Shown: positions 61,501-64,000 of the stretch, piece after piece
Layout of the letters: each line of letters starts with the position of its first letter
Numbering within the stretch: the first letter of the stretch is position 1
Assembly (NCBI GenBank): GCA_030264375.1
Contig: JASCQW010000122.1
Span: forward strand, 23,022,517 to 23,086,516
From: Carcharhinus longimanus
Taxonomy: Eukaryota
DNA: 64,000 nucleotides
Direction of reading: 5' to 3'
Notes under the pieces: model-generated
The model's input: only the letters and a program-made list of their open reading frames with translations
What the model was told of the DNA's origin: nothing
The model's database searches: none
Translations under genes and position numbers: made by a program

Positions 61501-64000
61501 AAAAATATGACACCAAAAGGTTCATCTTAGATGTGCATTGTAATGCACATCACTGTTTACTTAAACTTAACAAGTAGATGTGTTTCTCTGGCAGCTTTTT
61601 TTAAATTGAATTATAGTACTTAAGAGAACCAGATCATTAGGACCTGAACATTGCTGGCAATTTCTTGCACTGAATTGTGTTTATTGAAATACAAGTACAT
61701 TTGCACTGCTCACAAGCAGCAATATTATACTCAACTTTTACTTTTCAGTTCATCTTGCAAATTCCACAACTTTAGATTTCAATGAATGCAAAATAAATTA
61801 TTGCACTGGAGTACAGACTTTTTTTTGTGGGGGGGGGGGGGTGCAGAAAGAGTGGGAGAAACAATTATTCAAGCTCCAAAAGCTAGTTAGGCTTGTCTTT
61901 CTGCCTGAGGTACCTCCAGTTGTTGTATTTACACTGGACTGCTCCTGTAATATCAGTTAGTACATCTTTTTGCCATTTGAGCTTGTGAAACCTATTTGTA
62001 CTAGCAGCTGGAACTGGGTACCTCTCTGCTGCTGTCCCAACAAGAAACAGCCAACATCTGCTTCAGCGCATCCAATCACTCTTAGCACATCCATCCCCCT
62101 TTGACTAATGTGCACCGACACTCGTATATCACCTGCAAATTGGCCCAAATGAATTAACCAGTGCTCTGCTTAACATTACGAGATTTAAATGGATTTTCTC
62201 TCTACAGGTCTCCTCAATAATTGCATTTATCCATCTTGTTGAAATACAGTTTACACTTGCTAACATCATTCCAATTCAAGCTACATTTTCTGCTCCAGTG
62301 GCAGGAACACTGGAGATTTGTCATCATATCATAACGGGTAATTCAAACAACAATTAGTTCTATGACTGCCCGTATGTCAACATCTGCTCCAGTAAGCGCA
62401 GCTTCAGTACCCCATACAGCTCGCTAAGATGAATTGTGCTTACTAGTTTTCAATTTGGATACAGGCTTAACAAGTCAAAGCTTCAAAAGCCTCGTTACTT
62501 TTTTTTTGAAACTTCACTGTTAAGGAGGAGATATGCTGCAGTCTTAATTTATGTTACACTAAATATTTTATAAAATGAACAAAACAAATTAAATTTAAAA
62601 ACNNNNNNNNNNNNNNNNNNNNNNNNNNNNNNNNNNNNNNNNNNNNNNNNNNNNNNNNNNNNNNNNNNNNNNNNNNNNNNNNNNNNNNNNNNNNNNNNNN
62701 NNAAAAACAGTATTTTTCTGAACAAGTCGTCAACTATGTTTTTTTTTCCCTAAATAAATCAAACTGGAACATCCTTAGTCTCAATCACTGGAACCGGCTA
62801 AATACTTTAACTGTCAATTTGGGCCAGATTTTCTTTAGCAAATAAAAACTAAATAGGCGAGTAAAATAAAGGAAGATGTGACCAATACAGTATAAAGCTT
62901 TCCTGTGTAATGCAAATACCTCAACTACAAAACTGGTTTCATTCAGACAATTATAAAATTGCTTTTGAAGCTAAACAGCACCCATTTGTAAAACGCATCT
63001 AACTAGTGTTTCATGCATTAAGTTCGAAGATAAACAAGAACACAATTGATGAAACCCAAGGCTGGGCTAGGCAATGGTGTGCAGAAAAGAGCTGGTAATG
63101 AGCACTGCTAGACAGCTGAAGTCTCGTGCAGAATTGCTAGGAGATGAGTACTTCTGCATTCAAAAAATAGAATGGAACAATGTAACTAACTCCTAGGCAA
63201 CAGCACCAATTCAGCTGTGTAAACACATGCTTTCTCTCTATTCTCATCTCCCCACCCCCTCAAAAAATCCTCATTATCTGTAGAGCTCCAGAAACTCCTC
63301 AACCCCATTACACACATTTCTGAACTATACGATACAATGTCAGCTGGGTACAGGATACGATTTCAATCGCTTTGTTTTCAGGTTTTCTGCCTTTAACATC
63401 TGAAATATTTACTGAGATTCAGGGGGGAGCTAATTAAAACACTACACAATCAGTTGACAAACAGACGAACAATAATAACATTTGACATGCGCTGGACAGA
63501 GGAACAATCTACAGGTGCTGTTTGCCACTGTTGATAGAAGAACAAAAGAGTAGCTGGTTTTGTTCTCTAACTTGCTGCCCAATACAGCTGTAGAACATGG
63601 AATCTGTGCTCAATATTCCTCACCCAACATGTTCCTGGGTCCAGTCAAATTGTCAAGAAATCAGTGAATACAGACCAGGTACTATCCTCGAGCTTATGCT
63701 GGGTCACTTTCTTTCAGCCAGTAGAAACTGAAGGCATGTTTACGTTGATAGCATCTGTGCATCAGCTTTGCACATTTGCAGTGCTAACTCTTGACAAAAT
63801 GCTGGTCTACAATTCTGCCACTTAGATAAGGCAGCCAGTTTTAGCAGTGCAAACGCAAGGAAGTCACATATGGATGGTACTCTCCTACAATCAAAACTAA
63901 ACAACTACAATGGAAAATAATCCTACAAGGCCAAGTAATGAAGCACAACACAAAGGATTGAATTCCCTCCAATAATATAATATGCAAGAATCTTAACTTT

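Larger units (their letters stand above)
13008..64000 (-). other. TCF7L2: TCF7L2 intron upstream of exon 5 (partial; contains the candidate microexon)
   Basis: Ends at the ttccag acceptor (13008). Upstream exons (...LSPTART / LHFQSGSTHYSAY...) were not found. The A-rich plus strand fits a U-rich pre-mRNA from the minus strand. Confidence 0.75.

Noticed and set aside
1-64000. Prokaryotic-type systems (CRISPR arrays, operons, defence loci)
   Set aside because: The sequence is vertebrate intronic DNA. No regularly spaced direct repeats or dense ORFs are present.

Overview
Eukaryotic, AT-rich and almost entirely intronic DNA from a cartilaginous fish, most likely a shark (HE1/V-SINEs, HER1-type CR1 LINEs, DeuSINEs). 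It is a gapped scaffold, with N runs at about 2094, 3407, 5837, 19689, 46490, 54850 and 62603. The window appears to lie inside TCF7L2 (TCF4, the Wnt/beta-catenin effector) on the minus strand. One secure coding exon is present at 13007-12906 ([34 protein letters not shown]), equivalent to the 102-nt human 'exon 5'. The rest is its two very large flanking introns, filled with decayed and often nested CR1, L2 and Rex1 LINEs, several SINE families and a small MITE family. Nearly all listed ORFs are spurious or TE-derived. The best leads are: (1) a frame-preserving 21-nt candidate microexon (HNFQMKK) 3.2 kb upstream of exon 5; (2) a SINE whose tail is separated from its body by a 5-kb block bounded by same-orientation CR1 pieces; (3) a 51-nt inverted templated insertion inside a Rex1 copy; (4) two V-SINE subfamilies with swapped tails; (5) a 67-nt hairpin and TE-poor candidate enhancer regions. 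Repeat names come from recall of consensus motifs, not from a database search, and TE boundaries are approximate.
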